Shown in pieces: positions 28,668 to 37,030 of a DNA stretch of 64,000 nucleotides. Location of the stretch: the NCBI GenBank assembly GCA_002715265.1, contig PAYS01000017.1:66775-130774 (forward strand). The letters are read 5' to 3'. The translations under genes were made by a program, and so were the position numbers. This DNA is from Candidatus Pelagibacterales bacterium. GTDB lineage: Bacteria; Pseudomonadota; Alphaproteobacteria; TMED109. The notes below the pieces were generated by a model. The model did not search any database. It was not told the DNA's origin and worked only from the letters and a program-made list of their open reading frames with translations. The stretch's first letter is position 1. Every line of letters begins with the position of its first letter.

Positions 28668-29160
28668 AATTTTTTTTCTTTAACATTTTGTAAGTTAATA
28701 TAGTTATAAAAAATGTAGTTGCAACAATATAAATAAAAGACCACTGCACAAGCGTAATTCCAAGAAATTTTGGAGATAATATATCGCAGTTTGAAGAACG
28801 AGATTCTAATAAATTATTATTTAATTCTTCTGTTAAAGAACCAATATTTGTGTCCCAGTTTGAACAAGAACTAGATGGTAACCACCATTGAAATTCTATA
28901 CCTAAGTGCCAAAAAGCAATCATTAAAGTAACTAACATGGAAATACAAATCAGAAAGGATATAATTTTTTTAAATTTATAAATAAAAGCTAATAAACTTA
29001 ATATTAATGTAATACCGTAAGCATATCTTTGAAGTATACATAAGTGACAAGGCCTCAAGGAGGCTATATATTCAAGATATAGAGCAAAAATAAGGGCAGA
29101 CGTAGAAATTAAAAAAGCCCAAAAATAAGGTTTATTAAAATTATTATATATATAATTCAT
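28660..29160 (-). CDS. dsbB: disulfide bond formation protein B
   Basis: 4-TM protein with first-loop CHLCILQRYAY (CxxC) and second periplasmic loop cysteines (SSSCSNW...SSNCD). Confidence 0.8.
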   Translation of the reverse strand: MNYIYNNFNKPYFWAFLISTSALIFALYLEYIASLRPCHLCILQRYAYGITLILSLLAFIYKFKKIISFLICISMLVTLMIAFWHLGIEFQWWLPSSSCSNWDTNIGSLTEELNNNLLESRSSNCDILSPKFLGITLVQWSFIYIVATTFFITILTYKMLKKKNYG

Positions 29161-29163
29161 ATT

Positions 29164-29742
29164 CTAAAGATATAGCCATATAGTGGCAACTACAATTATA
29201 ATTATCCCTAATATAGTTGAAAAAAGGTTAAAATATTTTTCTATATAATTTTTAGCAACAGGGCCGAGTAATCTTATTAGTCCTGCTACTATAAAAAATC
29301 TTAATCCGCGAGATAGTATGGATGCTATTAAAAAGGTAAATATATTTAATTTTAAGCCACCAGAAGCAATTGTTATTAGTTTATAAGGTATCGGAGTAAA
29401 GCCAGCTAAAAATACGATTATTGCTCCATTATCATTATAATTATTTTTAAAAAGGTTATAATTTTCTTCAAGGTGATATATTTTTATTATTTGTTCTCCA
29501 AAAGAATCCCATAAATACATTCCTATAAAATATCCTAATAGTCCGCCTAAAACAGAAAATATAGTCGTGATTAAAGCAAGTCTAATCCATTTTAGAGGTC
29601 TTGCTAATGTCATGGGTAAAAGTAATGCATCTGGCGGAATAGGAAATATTGAACTTTCAGAAAAAGAAACTAATGCAAGAAACCATTCAGATCGAGGTTT
29701 TGCTGATAGTTCTAAAATTTTGAAATAAAGTTTTTTTAACAT
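29164..29742 (-). CDS. YqaA-family (DedA/SNARE-associated) membrane protein
   Basis: SESSIFPIPPDALLLPM motif and a 4-5 TM pattern characteristic of YqaA/DedA. Confidence 0.75.
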   Translation of the reverse strand: MLKKLYFKILELSAKPRSEWFLALVSFSESSIFPIPPDALLLPMTLARPLKWIRLALITTIFSVLGGLLGYFIGMYLWDSFGEQIIKIYHLEENYNLFKNNYNDNGAIIVFLAGFTPIPYKLITIASGGLKLNIFTFLIASILSRGLRFFIVAGLIRLLGPVAKNYIEKYFNLFSTILGIIIIVVATIWLYL

Positions 29743-29807
29743 TTTATTTTAACCATTTATATTTGTATTTATATTTAAACACACTATATTACCTTTGGGG
29801 AAAATAT

Positions 29808-30701
29808 ATGTTTAAATTATATTTATTTTTATTTATTTTATGCTTTTGTAATTCAGCAACTGTTTTGCTCGCAGGGCCTTTCTCTGATTTTAAGGCAGGA
29901 GCCGAGTTATCTGAAGAATTAACTTCCAGTCCCACGGTTAACAGAAATATGCCTACTTCTGATAGTTTGGACCAAGCTATCAAAAATTTAGACCCGCAAA
30001 ATTCGGTTATGTGGGATGAACTAAGAGAAAATTTATTAGGTATAAATAGTAGAGTAAAATTTGTAGAAGACGTAAAAGTAATAATGCAGGATCATGTTGA
30101 AGAGCCACATGAAGTACCTTTAATAGTTAAAATTCCTAAAAGATTGCATGCCTTTACTAAATTTATATTAATTATTGAGAATAATCCTATACAACAGGTT
30201 ATAGAACTTAATCCATATAAAAAGATAGAAGCACTTGGTATGAATGTGCGTTTAGAGGATGATTCTCCAGTTAGGGCTGCAGTTTTAGATCAAGAAGGTG
30301 TTTGGCATGTTGGTTCAAAGATGGTTTTTGTTGCTAGTCCAGGGGGTTGTTCATCACCTTCATGCGACCCAACTGTAGAGATATGTGAACAGGGAGAAGT
30401 AGGAAAAATTGCTGTTAAGCAATATGGTCGTGAAGGAAAGGCAGAGAGAATAAAGTTGAAAATTACGCATCCTATGGAAACAGGATTTGTTGTTGGTGTT
30501 GATGGCGAAGTTATTCCTGAATATTATGTTAATAAAATACATGTAGATGATAATAATGGTCCAATAGCAGATATTGCTACATATGCAGCGTTATCATCTG
30601 ATCCAGTTATTTTGTTGGATTTGCCTGAAAAAGGTCAAAGCATTAGGGTGCATGTCAAAGATTCTCAGGGTTTAGAGTTTTTTTCACATAATACTATGTA
30701 A
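29808..30701 (+). CDS. secreted SoxY-SoxZ fusion (SoxYZ-like carrier protein)
   Basis: Signal-like N-terminus MFKLYLFLFILCFCNSATVLLA. The C-terminal half has the SoxZ hallmark KLKITHPMETGF. The preceding half ends in the Cys loop VASPGGCSSPSCDP, resembling the SoxY GGCG carrier arm. Start set at ATG 29808 (GGGGAAAA upstream). Confidence 0.7.
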   Translation: MFKLYLFLFILCFCNSATVLLAGPFSDFKAGAELSEELTSSPTVNRNMPTSDSLDQAIKNLDPQNSVMWDELRENLLGINSRVKFVEDVKVIMQDHVEEPHEVPLIVKIPKRLHAFTKFILIIENNPIQQVIELNPYKKIEALGMNVRLEDDSPVRAAVLDQEGVWHVGSKMVFVASPGGCSSPSCDPTVEICEQGEVGKIAVKQYGREGKAERIKLKITHPMETGFVVGVDGEVIPEYYVNKIHVDDNNGPIADIATYAALSSDPVILLDLPEKGQSIRVHVKDSQGLEFFSHNTM

Positions 30702-31631
30702 ATGAATTACATAATCATAGTAATTGCTCTTATAGTATTTTTTATAGAAAATACATTTGCAGAAAATTTCAAGTATAATTTAAAATATGTAGAATTAGCG
30801 GATGGTATATTCGTGATAGAAGGAGATAATACTAGATTGAATTCTATTAATGGCGGTGCTATTAGTAATACCAGCTTTATAATTGGCAGTAAGGGTATTT
30901 TGGTAATAGATGCAGGTCCGAGTGCACTTTATGCAGAACAAGTTATAAGTATTATAAGATCTATATCTTCAATTCCTATTAAATATTTAGTTATAACACA
31001 TCATCATCCAGATCATTCATTTGGTGTTTCTAGTTACCAAGAATTAGGTGTGGAAATAATTATGAGCTCTAGTGAAATACATAGATACGAAAAATATGGA
31101 AAAAGATTATTAAGACAAATGAAAAATTTAATAGGTGAAGAATGGTTTCTTAATACTAAAATAGTTGATATTGAAAATAATAAGGTATTTCCTCTGAAAA
31201 TAAACTTGGGCAATCATCAAATCGGTATAAGAGAATATAAAAATGGTCATTCAGAAGGAGATCTCGTTGTAGTGGATATTGACGAGGAGGTTGTTTTTTC
31301 AGGTGATTTGATTTTTAATAAAAGAGCTCCAACTATTCCACACGCAAATATAGATAATTGGTCTAAATATATAGATATATTACATAATAATAAATGGAAA
31401 ATATTGGTTCCAGGTCATGGTCCTATAATTAGAGATAAAGAGGAGTTATATATGACTAAAAATTGGATAAATTATATTTCTAAAATAGCAAAAGAGGCAG
31501 TTGAGAAAGGATTAAGTCCGGCTGAGGTCTTTGATAAAGGGATCTCAGATCAATATAAAAGTTACCATCTTGCTCAAGAGGTTTGGAATAGAGATTTGCC
31601 CTTATTAATGAAAAAATATGAATATCAATGA
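30702..31631 (+). CDS. periplasmic metallo-beta-lactamase-fold hydrolase (SoxH-like / relay-system zinc hydrolase-like)
   Basis: Signal peptide ending FAEN, MBL motif ITHHHPDHSFG, later NGHSEGD and PGHGP ligands. The ATG directly abuts the upstream TAA. Confidence 0.8.
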   Translation: MNYIIIVIALIVFFIENTFAENFKYNLKYVELADGIFVIEGDNTRLNSINGGAISNTSFIIGSKGILVIDAGPSALYAEQVISIIRSISSIPIKYLVITHHHPDHSFGVSSYQELGVEIIMSSSEIHRYEKYGKRLLRQMKNLIGEEWFLNTKIVDIENNKVFPLKINLGNHQIGIREYKNGHSEGDLVVVDIDEEVVFSGDLIFNKRAPTIPHANIDNWSKYIDILHNNKWKILVPGHGPIIRDKEELYMTKNWINYISKIAKEAVEKGLSPAEVFDKGISDQYKSYHLAQEVWNRDLPLLMKKYEYQ

Positions 31632-31682
31632 TTTTGTTTGCTGAATTTTAAATTCTATACTAATGATATAATAAAATACATT

Positions 31683-31769
31683 GCCACTGTGGCGGAATTG
31701 GTAGACGCGATGGATTCAAAATCCATTTGAGGCAACTCAGTGTCGGTTCGAGTCCGACCAGTGGTACCA
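31683..31769 (+). tRNA. tRNA-Leu (anticodon CAA), class II with long variable arm, CCA encoded
   Basis: Hand-folded cloverleaf: acceptor GCCACTG/CAGTGGT (first pair G1-U72), D arm GCG/CGC, anticodon stem ATGGA/TCCAT with loop TTCAAAA, 15-nt variable arm, T arm GTCGG-TTCGAGT-CCGAC, discriminator A, CCA. Confidence 0.9.
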
Positions 31770-31852
31770 TGTAATAATTATGGGTCTTGATTTTTGGCAA
31801 TATAAGTGTACTTTCCTAGGGAATTTTTTTATATAAAATAAGGTTATTAAAA

Positions 31853-32257
31853 ATGAATGTCGGAACTAGTATTTATAAAAAAAAAGATAGCCACCTTGTA
31901 TATGTTGATGGAAAAATTTATGCAGGAATGCATTATTTGGTTGATATGTGGGGTATATGTAATGAAGAAAGTACTAATAAAATTAATGACTTATTGTTAA
32001 GAGCAGCAAGAGCTGCTAAGGCAACGGTTTTGTATCAACATGCTTATCACTTTGGAGAAGGATTAGGTATATCTGCTATAGCATTATTAGCTGAATCTCA
32101 TATAAGTGTCCATACATGGCCAGAGAAAAGTTATGCTGCTTTTGATATATTTATGTGTGGAAAAACAGATCCAAATTTATCATTAAATTTATTGAAAAAT
32201 GAATTGAAGCCAAAAAAAATTGAGGTAAAAAAAATTAAACGAGGTTTAATGAATTAA
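31853..32257 (+). CDS. speD: S-adenosylmethionine decarboxylase proenzyme (small, SpeH/class 1 type)
   Basis: 134 aa. Self-processing and active-site segment LLAESHISVHTWPE, then AFDIFMCG. Confidence 0.88.
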   Translation: MNVGTSIYKKKDSHLVYVDGKIYAGMHYLVDMWGICNEESTNKINDLLLRAARAAKATVLYQHAYHFGEGLGISAIALLAESHISVHTWPEKSYAAFDIFMCGKTDPNLSLNLLKNELKPKKIEVKKIKRGLMN

Positions 32258-32260
32258 AAG

Positions 32261-33406
32261 ATGTCTAATTCCAAATTATCAAAGTTTTTAGATGAAAATA
32301 ACTTATCTACGCCTTGTTTAGTTATGGATTTATCTGTAATAGATAAGTCTTATAAACAAATGACAAATCTTTTTCCAAAAACTAAAATATATTATGCAGT
32401 TAAGGCTAATTCTGCACCAAAAATTATAGATTGTTTAAAGAATAATGGATCATATTTTGATGTTTCTAGCAAAAAGGAAATTCAAATATGTTTAAAACAA
32501 TCTGTAGATCCCCATAATATGTCTTTTGGAAATACTGTTAAAAAACAAAAAGATATTATATGGGCTTATAAAAACGGAATAAGATTATTTGCTTTTGATT
32601 CTGAAGAAGAATTAAAAAAATTATATAAAAATGCACCTAGATCTAGAGTTTTTTGTAGATTGCAAGTAGATAATCATGGGGCTAATTGGCCTTTATCAAA
32701 AAAATTTGGATGTTCTCCTGATATGGCGAAGGATTTAATGCTCGAAGCAAAAAATAAAGGATTAAAACCTGCAGGGTTATCATTTCATGTTGGCTCTCAG
32801 CAAATTAATATAGAAAGGTGGATAGATGCCTTAAAAACTTGTCATAAAGTATATTTATATTTAAGAAAACATAACGTCAAATTAGAGTTTTTGAATATAG
32901 GGGGAGGCTTTCCTGTAAGCTATAAGGATTATAATAGTGATTTAAGTATTTTTGCTAAAAAGTTATATACGGAAATAAAAAATATTTTTGGTGAAGATCA
33001 CCCCTCAATAATTATGGAACCTGGTAGGTATTTAGTAGCTGAGGCTGGAATAATTGAAACAGAGGTAATTTTAGTATCAAAAAAAAATAAAAATGATGAA
33101 ATTAGATGGGTATATATTGATATAGGCAGATTTAGTGGTTTAGCTGAGACAGAAAATGAAGCAATAAAATATAAAATTATTCCTTCTAAAAATGATGAAA
33201 GAAGTAAAACTGGTCCAGTTATAATAGCAGGTCCATCCTGTGATGGTGCTGATATTATATATGAAAAAAATAACTATAAACTTCCGCTTTCATTAAAAAC
33301 GGGAGACAAATTAAGAATTCTTGGAGTTGGTGCTTATACTTCTGTTTACGTATCTAATTTTAATGCTTTGAAAACATTGAAAGAGTATTACTTAGATATC
33401 ACTTAA
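32261..33406 (+). CDS. ornithine (or lysine/ornithine) decarboxylase, alanine-racemase-fold PLP enzyme
   Basis: PLP-lysine motif YAVKAN, plus GGGFP, EPGRY and substrate-loop GPSCDGAD, as in eukaryote-type ODC. Confidence 0.85.
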   Translation: MSNSKLSKFLDENNLSTPCLVMDLSVIDKSYKQMTNLFPKTKIYYAVKANSAPKIIDCLKNNGSYFDVSSKKEIQICLKQSVDPHNMSFGNTVKKQKDIIWAYKNGIRLFAFDSEEELKKLYKNAPRSRVFCRLQVDNHGANWPLSKKFGCSPDMAKDLMLEAKNKGLKPAGLSFHVGSQQINIERWIDALKTCHKVYLYLRKHNVKLEFLNIGGGFPVSYKDYNSDLSIFAKKLYTEIKNIFGEDHPSIIMEPGRYLVAEAGIIETEVILVSKKNKNDEIRWVYIDIGRFSGLAETENEAIKYKIIPSKNDERSKTGPVIIAGPSCDGADIIYEKNNYKLPLSLKTGDKLRILGVGAYTSVYVSNFNALKTLKEYYLDIT

Positions 33407-34244
33407 TTATCTTAAATATCCACTCTGGTAAATTGAATGAACTATAATGTATATGTTCATTATAGTATTTAGTCTTAATATTATTATCCTGGATCAAATT
33501 ATCACGAATTTTCTTATTTTTAATATCAGTTTTGTTTGATGCCCAAGTTAATGCCATATATCCGCCCGTATAAGTTGGTATTACAGTTAAATAAACTCCT
33601 GAATGTTTAAATATACTTTTTAACTTAATCATTGTTTCTTTGAGCTCTTTTTTTTGAAAGAAAGGAACGCCAGTTTGAAAAACTGCAATACCTTTTTCTT
33701 TCATTATTTGTTTTATATTTTCATAGAATATTTTTCTGAATAATTGTTTTCCAGGTCCTATGGGGTCAGGCCTGTCAACTATGATAAGGTCAAAATAGTT
33801 TTTAAAATTTTTATTGCTAACAAATTCAAAAGCATTTTTAATTAAAATTTTGACCTTTTTATTGTTCAATGAGCCATAGTTGATGTTACGTAAATACTTT
33901 TTGCTTAAATTTATAACTTCTTCATCGATTTCGCATAATGTAATTTCATCTATTTCAGAGTATTTAAGACATTCGTGAGCTATAGCTCCGTCACCCCCTC
34001 CAATGATAAGAACCTTTTTTATTTGATTATGAGATAAAGTGGGGACGTGTGTTAACATTTCCGAATATGGATGATGGTCTTTTTCAGTAATTTGAATAAC
34101 ACCATCTAGAGTTAAAATTTTTCCAAATAGCTTTGATTGAAATATCATAATTTCCTGATATTTACTTATTTTTTTAGCAAATATTCTTTCAATATGTATT
34201 TGTTGTTTGTAGTTAGTATAAAGTTTTTCTGTAAAAGTTTTCAT
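33399..34244 (-). CDS. speE: spermidine synthase (polyamine aminopropyltransferase)
   Basis: LTLDGVIQITEKDHHPYSEML, LIIGGGDGA and VDRPDPIGPG motifs. Start set to ATG 34244 (MKTFTEK), which avoids overlap with the upstream Nudix gene. The 3' end overlaps the ODC gene by 8 nt on the opposite strand. Confidence 0.9.
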   Translation of the reverse strand: MKTFTEKLYTNYKQQIHIERIFAKKISKYQEIMIFQSKLFGKILTLDGVIQITEKDHHPYSEMLTHVPTLSHNQIKKVLIIGGGDGAIAHECLKYSEIDEITLCEIDEEVINLSKKYLRNINYGSLNNKKVKILIKNAFEFVSNKNFKNYFDLIIVDRPDPIGPGKQLFRKIFYENIKQIMKEKGIAVFQTGVPFFQKKELKETMIKLKSIFKHSGVYLTVIPTYTGGYMALTWASNKTDIKNKKIRDNLIQDNNIKTKYYNEHIHYSSFNLPEWIFKIIK

Positions 34245-34252
34245 GTAGTAGA

Positions 34253-35011
34253 TTATTTTCTGGTTATCCACTGTTTTCCCATTTTCCATGTAAACATGGG
34301 TCTATTATCCAACATTTTATTTATTTTGGATATATCTCCATTAAATGAAATGAGTTCTTCAATCATGAATTCAGTAACATCAGCCATAGGAAGTTTTAAG
34401 GCTTTTTTTAGAGGTATCCAATCTATTTCTACAAGCTCTTTAGTAGTTCTGATTTTTCCCTTCAGATATTTTGCATCAGATAGAAAAAACCTTGCATGAA
34501 AACGAATAGGACTGAATGTTGGTGTTATTGCTCTTCCGAGATAACTTAATTTTGTGAGATCAGGTACTAAATTATTATTTTGCATTGTTTTTATACCGTT
34601 ATCATGTTCCATATTATTTTTGTAAATAATATTTTTACGGTATTGTCCTAAAAATAAACCAGTTTCTTCTGCTGTTTCTCTAACAGCTGCTAAAGCTAAT
34701 GCATTTGCAGTATTGATGTTATTGGATACAGCTAATCTAGAAACAATTTTTTGTTTAAGTTGAGTATATTTGTGAGTTTTAAAATCATTTTTATCTAATA
34801 CGCCACCAGGAAACACCCAAGCCCCAGGCATAAAACGAGTTTTATCAGATCTTTTACCTAATAATACTTTAGTACTTTTTGCTGTATTTTTAAGTAAAAC
34901 TAAACTTGCTGCATTTCTTGGCTTAACAATTGGATTATTTTTTTTATTTTTAGGTGTAAATTTTAACTCTTTTTTTTCCATGCTTCTGGCTATATATTGT
35001 TTTTCTGTCAT
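34253..35011 (-). CDS. NUDIX-family hydrolase with interrupted Nudix box
   Basis: WVFPGG ... AAVRETAEETGL (REUxEExGU half of the Nudix box). About 40 residues lie between the GG and the RE instead of the canonical 13. Confidence 0.75.
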   Translation of the reverse strand: MTEKQYIARSMEKKELKFTPKNKKNNPIVKPRNAASLVLLKNTAKSTKVLLGKRSDKTRFMPGAWVFPGGVLDKNDFKTHKYTQLKQKIVSRLAVSNNINTANALALAAVRETAEETGLFLGQYRKNIIYKNNMEHDNGIKTMQNNNLVPDLTKLSYLGRAITPTFSPIRFHARFFLSDAKYLKGKIRTTKELVEIDWIPLKKALKLPMADVTEFMIEELISFNGDISKINKMLDNRPMFTWKMGKQWITRK

Positions 35012-35055
35012 TATTTTATATTTTCATTCTGATTAGGTTATAGTTTACTATATTT

Positions 35056-35070
35056 TATATATATATATAT
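35056..35070. repeat. (TA)7T dinucleotide microsatellite in divergent promoter spacer
   Basis: tatatatatatatat read directly at 35056-35070, between the Nudix start (35011, minus) and the MBL gene start (35114, plus). Confidence 0.9.
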
Positions 35071-35113
35071 TCCAAAGGTAAGGTTACGTAAATAATATTT
35101 AAGGATAAGTTGT

Positions 35114-36022
35114 TTGATAGATAAAACAAAGGATATTTCAATTCAAAATTTGCTTTCTAAAGATTTGGATTTTGACTATGCTGTTTCTAAAGAGGTATTG
35201 CCAGGTATACGAAGAATAGTAGCTCCAAATCCTAGTCCATATACATTGCATGGTACAGGAACATATATAGTAGGGAAAAAAAATGTTGCTATTATAGACC
35301 CTGGTCCAAATATTACTTCACATATTGATGCAATATTAGCGGCAACAGAAAAAGAAAAAATAACTCATATTATTGTTACGCATACTCATGCAGACCATTC
35401 TCCAGCATCTATGCCATTATCAAAAGAGACAGGTGCTATAATAATGGGTTATGGACCGCATGGATCTGCAGTTGGTGAGGAAGGAGCAGATTTAAATTTT
35501 ATTCCGGATCATTTTTTAAAGGACAAAGAGGTTATTAAAGGAGAAAATTGGTCTTTGGAGTGTATTCATACGCCAGGGCATACCTCTAATCATATTTGTT
35601 ATAGCGTTTTAGGAGCAGATGCTATATTAACAGGTGATCATATTATGGGTTGGTCAACTACTTTAGTTTCTCCGCCAGATGGGAATATGAAAGATTATTT
35701 TATAAGTTTAGAGAAGATGTTAGCAAGGGAAGAAAAATATTATATTCCTTCTCATGGAAACCTTATTGATAAGCCTAAAAGATTTGTAAGGGCTTTAATA
35801 AGTCATAGGAGGATGCGTGAAAAACAAATATCAAAATTTTTAAATCATAAAACCCCCACTCACATACCTGATTTAGTAAAAAAAATGTATCCACAATTAG
35901 ACTCTAGACTTATTAAAGCTGCTGGTTGGTCTGTATTAGCACATCTGTTACATATGGAAGAAATGAAACTTATTAAATCTATTGAAAATGATGCAAATAA
36001 AGGTTGGCTTCTATTAAAGTAA
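35114..36022 (+). CDS. MBL-fold metallo-hydrolase (glyoxalase II-like, cytoplasmic)
   Basis: THTHADH motif, later HTPGHT and GD.I ligands, no signal peptide. TTG start is the only start upstream of the conserved core. Confidence 0.8.
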   Translation: MIDKTKDISIQNLLSKDLDFDYAVSKEVLPGIRRIVAPNPSPYTLHGTGTYIVGKKNVAIIDPGPNITSHIDAILAATEKEKITHIIVTHTHADHSPASMPLSKETGAIIMGYGPHGSAVGEEGADLNFIPDHFLKDKEVIKGENWSLECIHTPGHTSNHICYSVLGADAILTGDHIMGWSTTLVSPPDGNMKDYFISLEKMLAREEKYYIPSHGNLIDKPKRFVRALISHRRMREKQISKFLNHKTPTHIPDLVKKMYPQLDSRLIKAAGWSVLAHLLHMEEMKLIKSIENDANKGWLLLK

Positions 36023-36062
36023 ATTAGTTTTTAATATATGAAGATATAATAAGAGTTTAAAT

Positions 36063-36998
36063 ATGGTTAAAGTATACAGAGATTTTCAATATGCAAAAAA
36101 ATTCATAAATAAATCTACGGTAGCTATAGGTAATTTCGATGGAGTGCATCTTGGGCACTTGAGCCTTTTAAAAAAGGCTAAAAAACTTGCTTCTAATTCT
36201 AATACAAGTTTTACAATTTTAACTTTTGCACCGCATCCATTAAAAGTTTTAAGACCTGAATTTGAGCCTAAAAGTATTCTTCGTTTTAGGACAAAAATAG
36301 AAATGTTAGAAAGAGCAGGAGTAGAAATTGTTTTAGCTCAGAGGTTTACAAAAAGTTTTTCTAAAATTACTGCAGAAAAGTTTGTTTATGATGTGCTAAA
36401 AAATGGTTTAAAAGCTAAAAATGTAGTTGTTGGGGATGATTTTAAATTTGGATATAAAAGAGAAGGAGACGTTAGCTATTTAGTTTCAAAAGAGTTTTCT
36501 GAAATATTTAAGGTTCATATTATAAATGAAATTTCAGGGAAATATGGGAGGTATTCCTCAAGCTCTATAAGAGGTATGATATCATCTGGTGATATGTTAA
36601 AAGTAAAAGAGTCTTTGGGGTATTTTTATATTGTAGAAGGAAGAGTTGTTTCAGGAGAAAAATTAGGAAGAGAACTAGGTTTTCCTACCGCAAATATACA
36701 TTATAATAATAATGTAATTCCAGAAGATGGAATATATGCAGGATGGGTTTTGCATGAAAAAAAACAGTATATGGCTGCAATTTCTACAGGTATTAGGCCT
36801 CAATTTAAGGGGAAAAAAAGATTTTTAGAAGCTTATTTGATAAATTTTAATGGGAATTTATATGGAAAAAATATAAAAGTTTCATTAGTTAAAAAAATTA
36901 GAGATGAAAAAGTTTTTTCGGATATTGAAAAAATGAAATTAGAAATGAAACATGATTGTGATAAGGCATTAAATATATTAAATAAATATAAAATTTAA
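36063..36998 (+). CDS. ribF: bifunctional riboflavin kinase / FMN adenylyltransferase
   Basis: GNFDGVHLGH nucleotidyltransferase motif and C-terminal kinase domain (GFPTANI, E.YL.F). Confidence 0.93.
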   Translation: MVKVYRDFQYAKKFINKSTVAIGNFDGVHLGHLSLLKKAKKLASNSNTSFTILTFAPHPLKVLRPEFEPKSILRFRTKIEMLERAGVEIVLAQRFTKSFSKITAEKFVYDVLKNGLKAKNVVVGDDFKFGYKREGDVSYLVSKEFSEIFKVHIINEISGKYGRYSSSSIRGMISSGDMLKVKESLGYFYIVEGRVVSGEKLGRELGFPTANIHYNNNVIPEDGIYAGWVLHEKKQYMAAISTGIRPQFKGKKRFLEAYLINFNGNLYGKNIKVSLVKKIRDEKVFSDIEKMKLEMKHDCDKALNILNKYKI

Positions 36999-37030
36999 AA
37001 AAATATTATTGAAATATTTTGGGGATAGTT

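Noticed and set aside
35056-35070. (TA)7 repeat as a possible phase-variation switch between the divergent Nudix and MBL genes.
   Set aside because: It is only 7 units, lies in generally TA-rich promoter DNA, and the flanking genes are housekeeping-type rather than surface or contingency loci. I cannot measure the distance to the -10/-35 elements with confidence.
31770-35113. Possibility that the polyamine/Nudix block downstream of tRNA-Leu is a tRNA-targeted genomic island. The same was considered for the region next to tRNA-Gln.
   Set aside because: There is no integrase. I found no direct repeat of the tRNA 3' end at the far boundary. No compositional shift is visible by eye, and the gene content is core metabolism.
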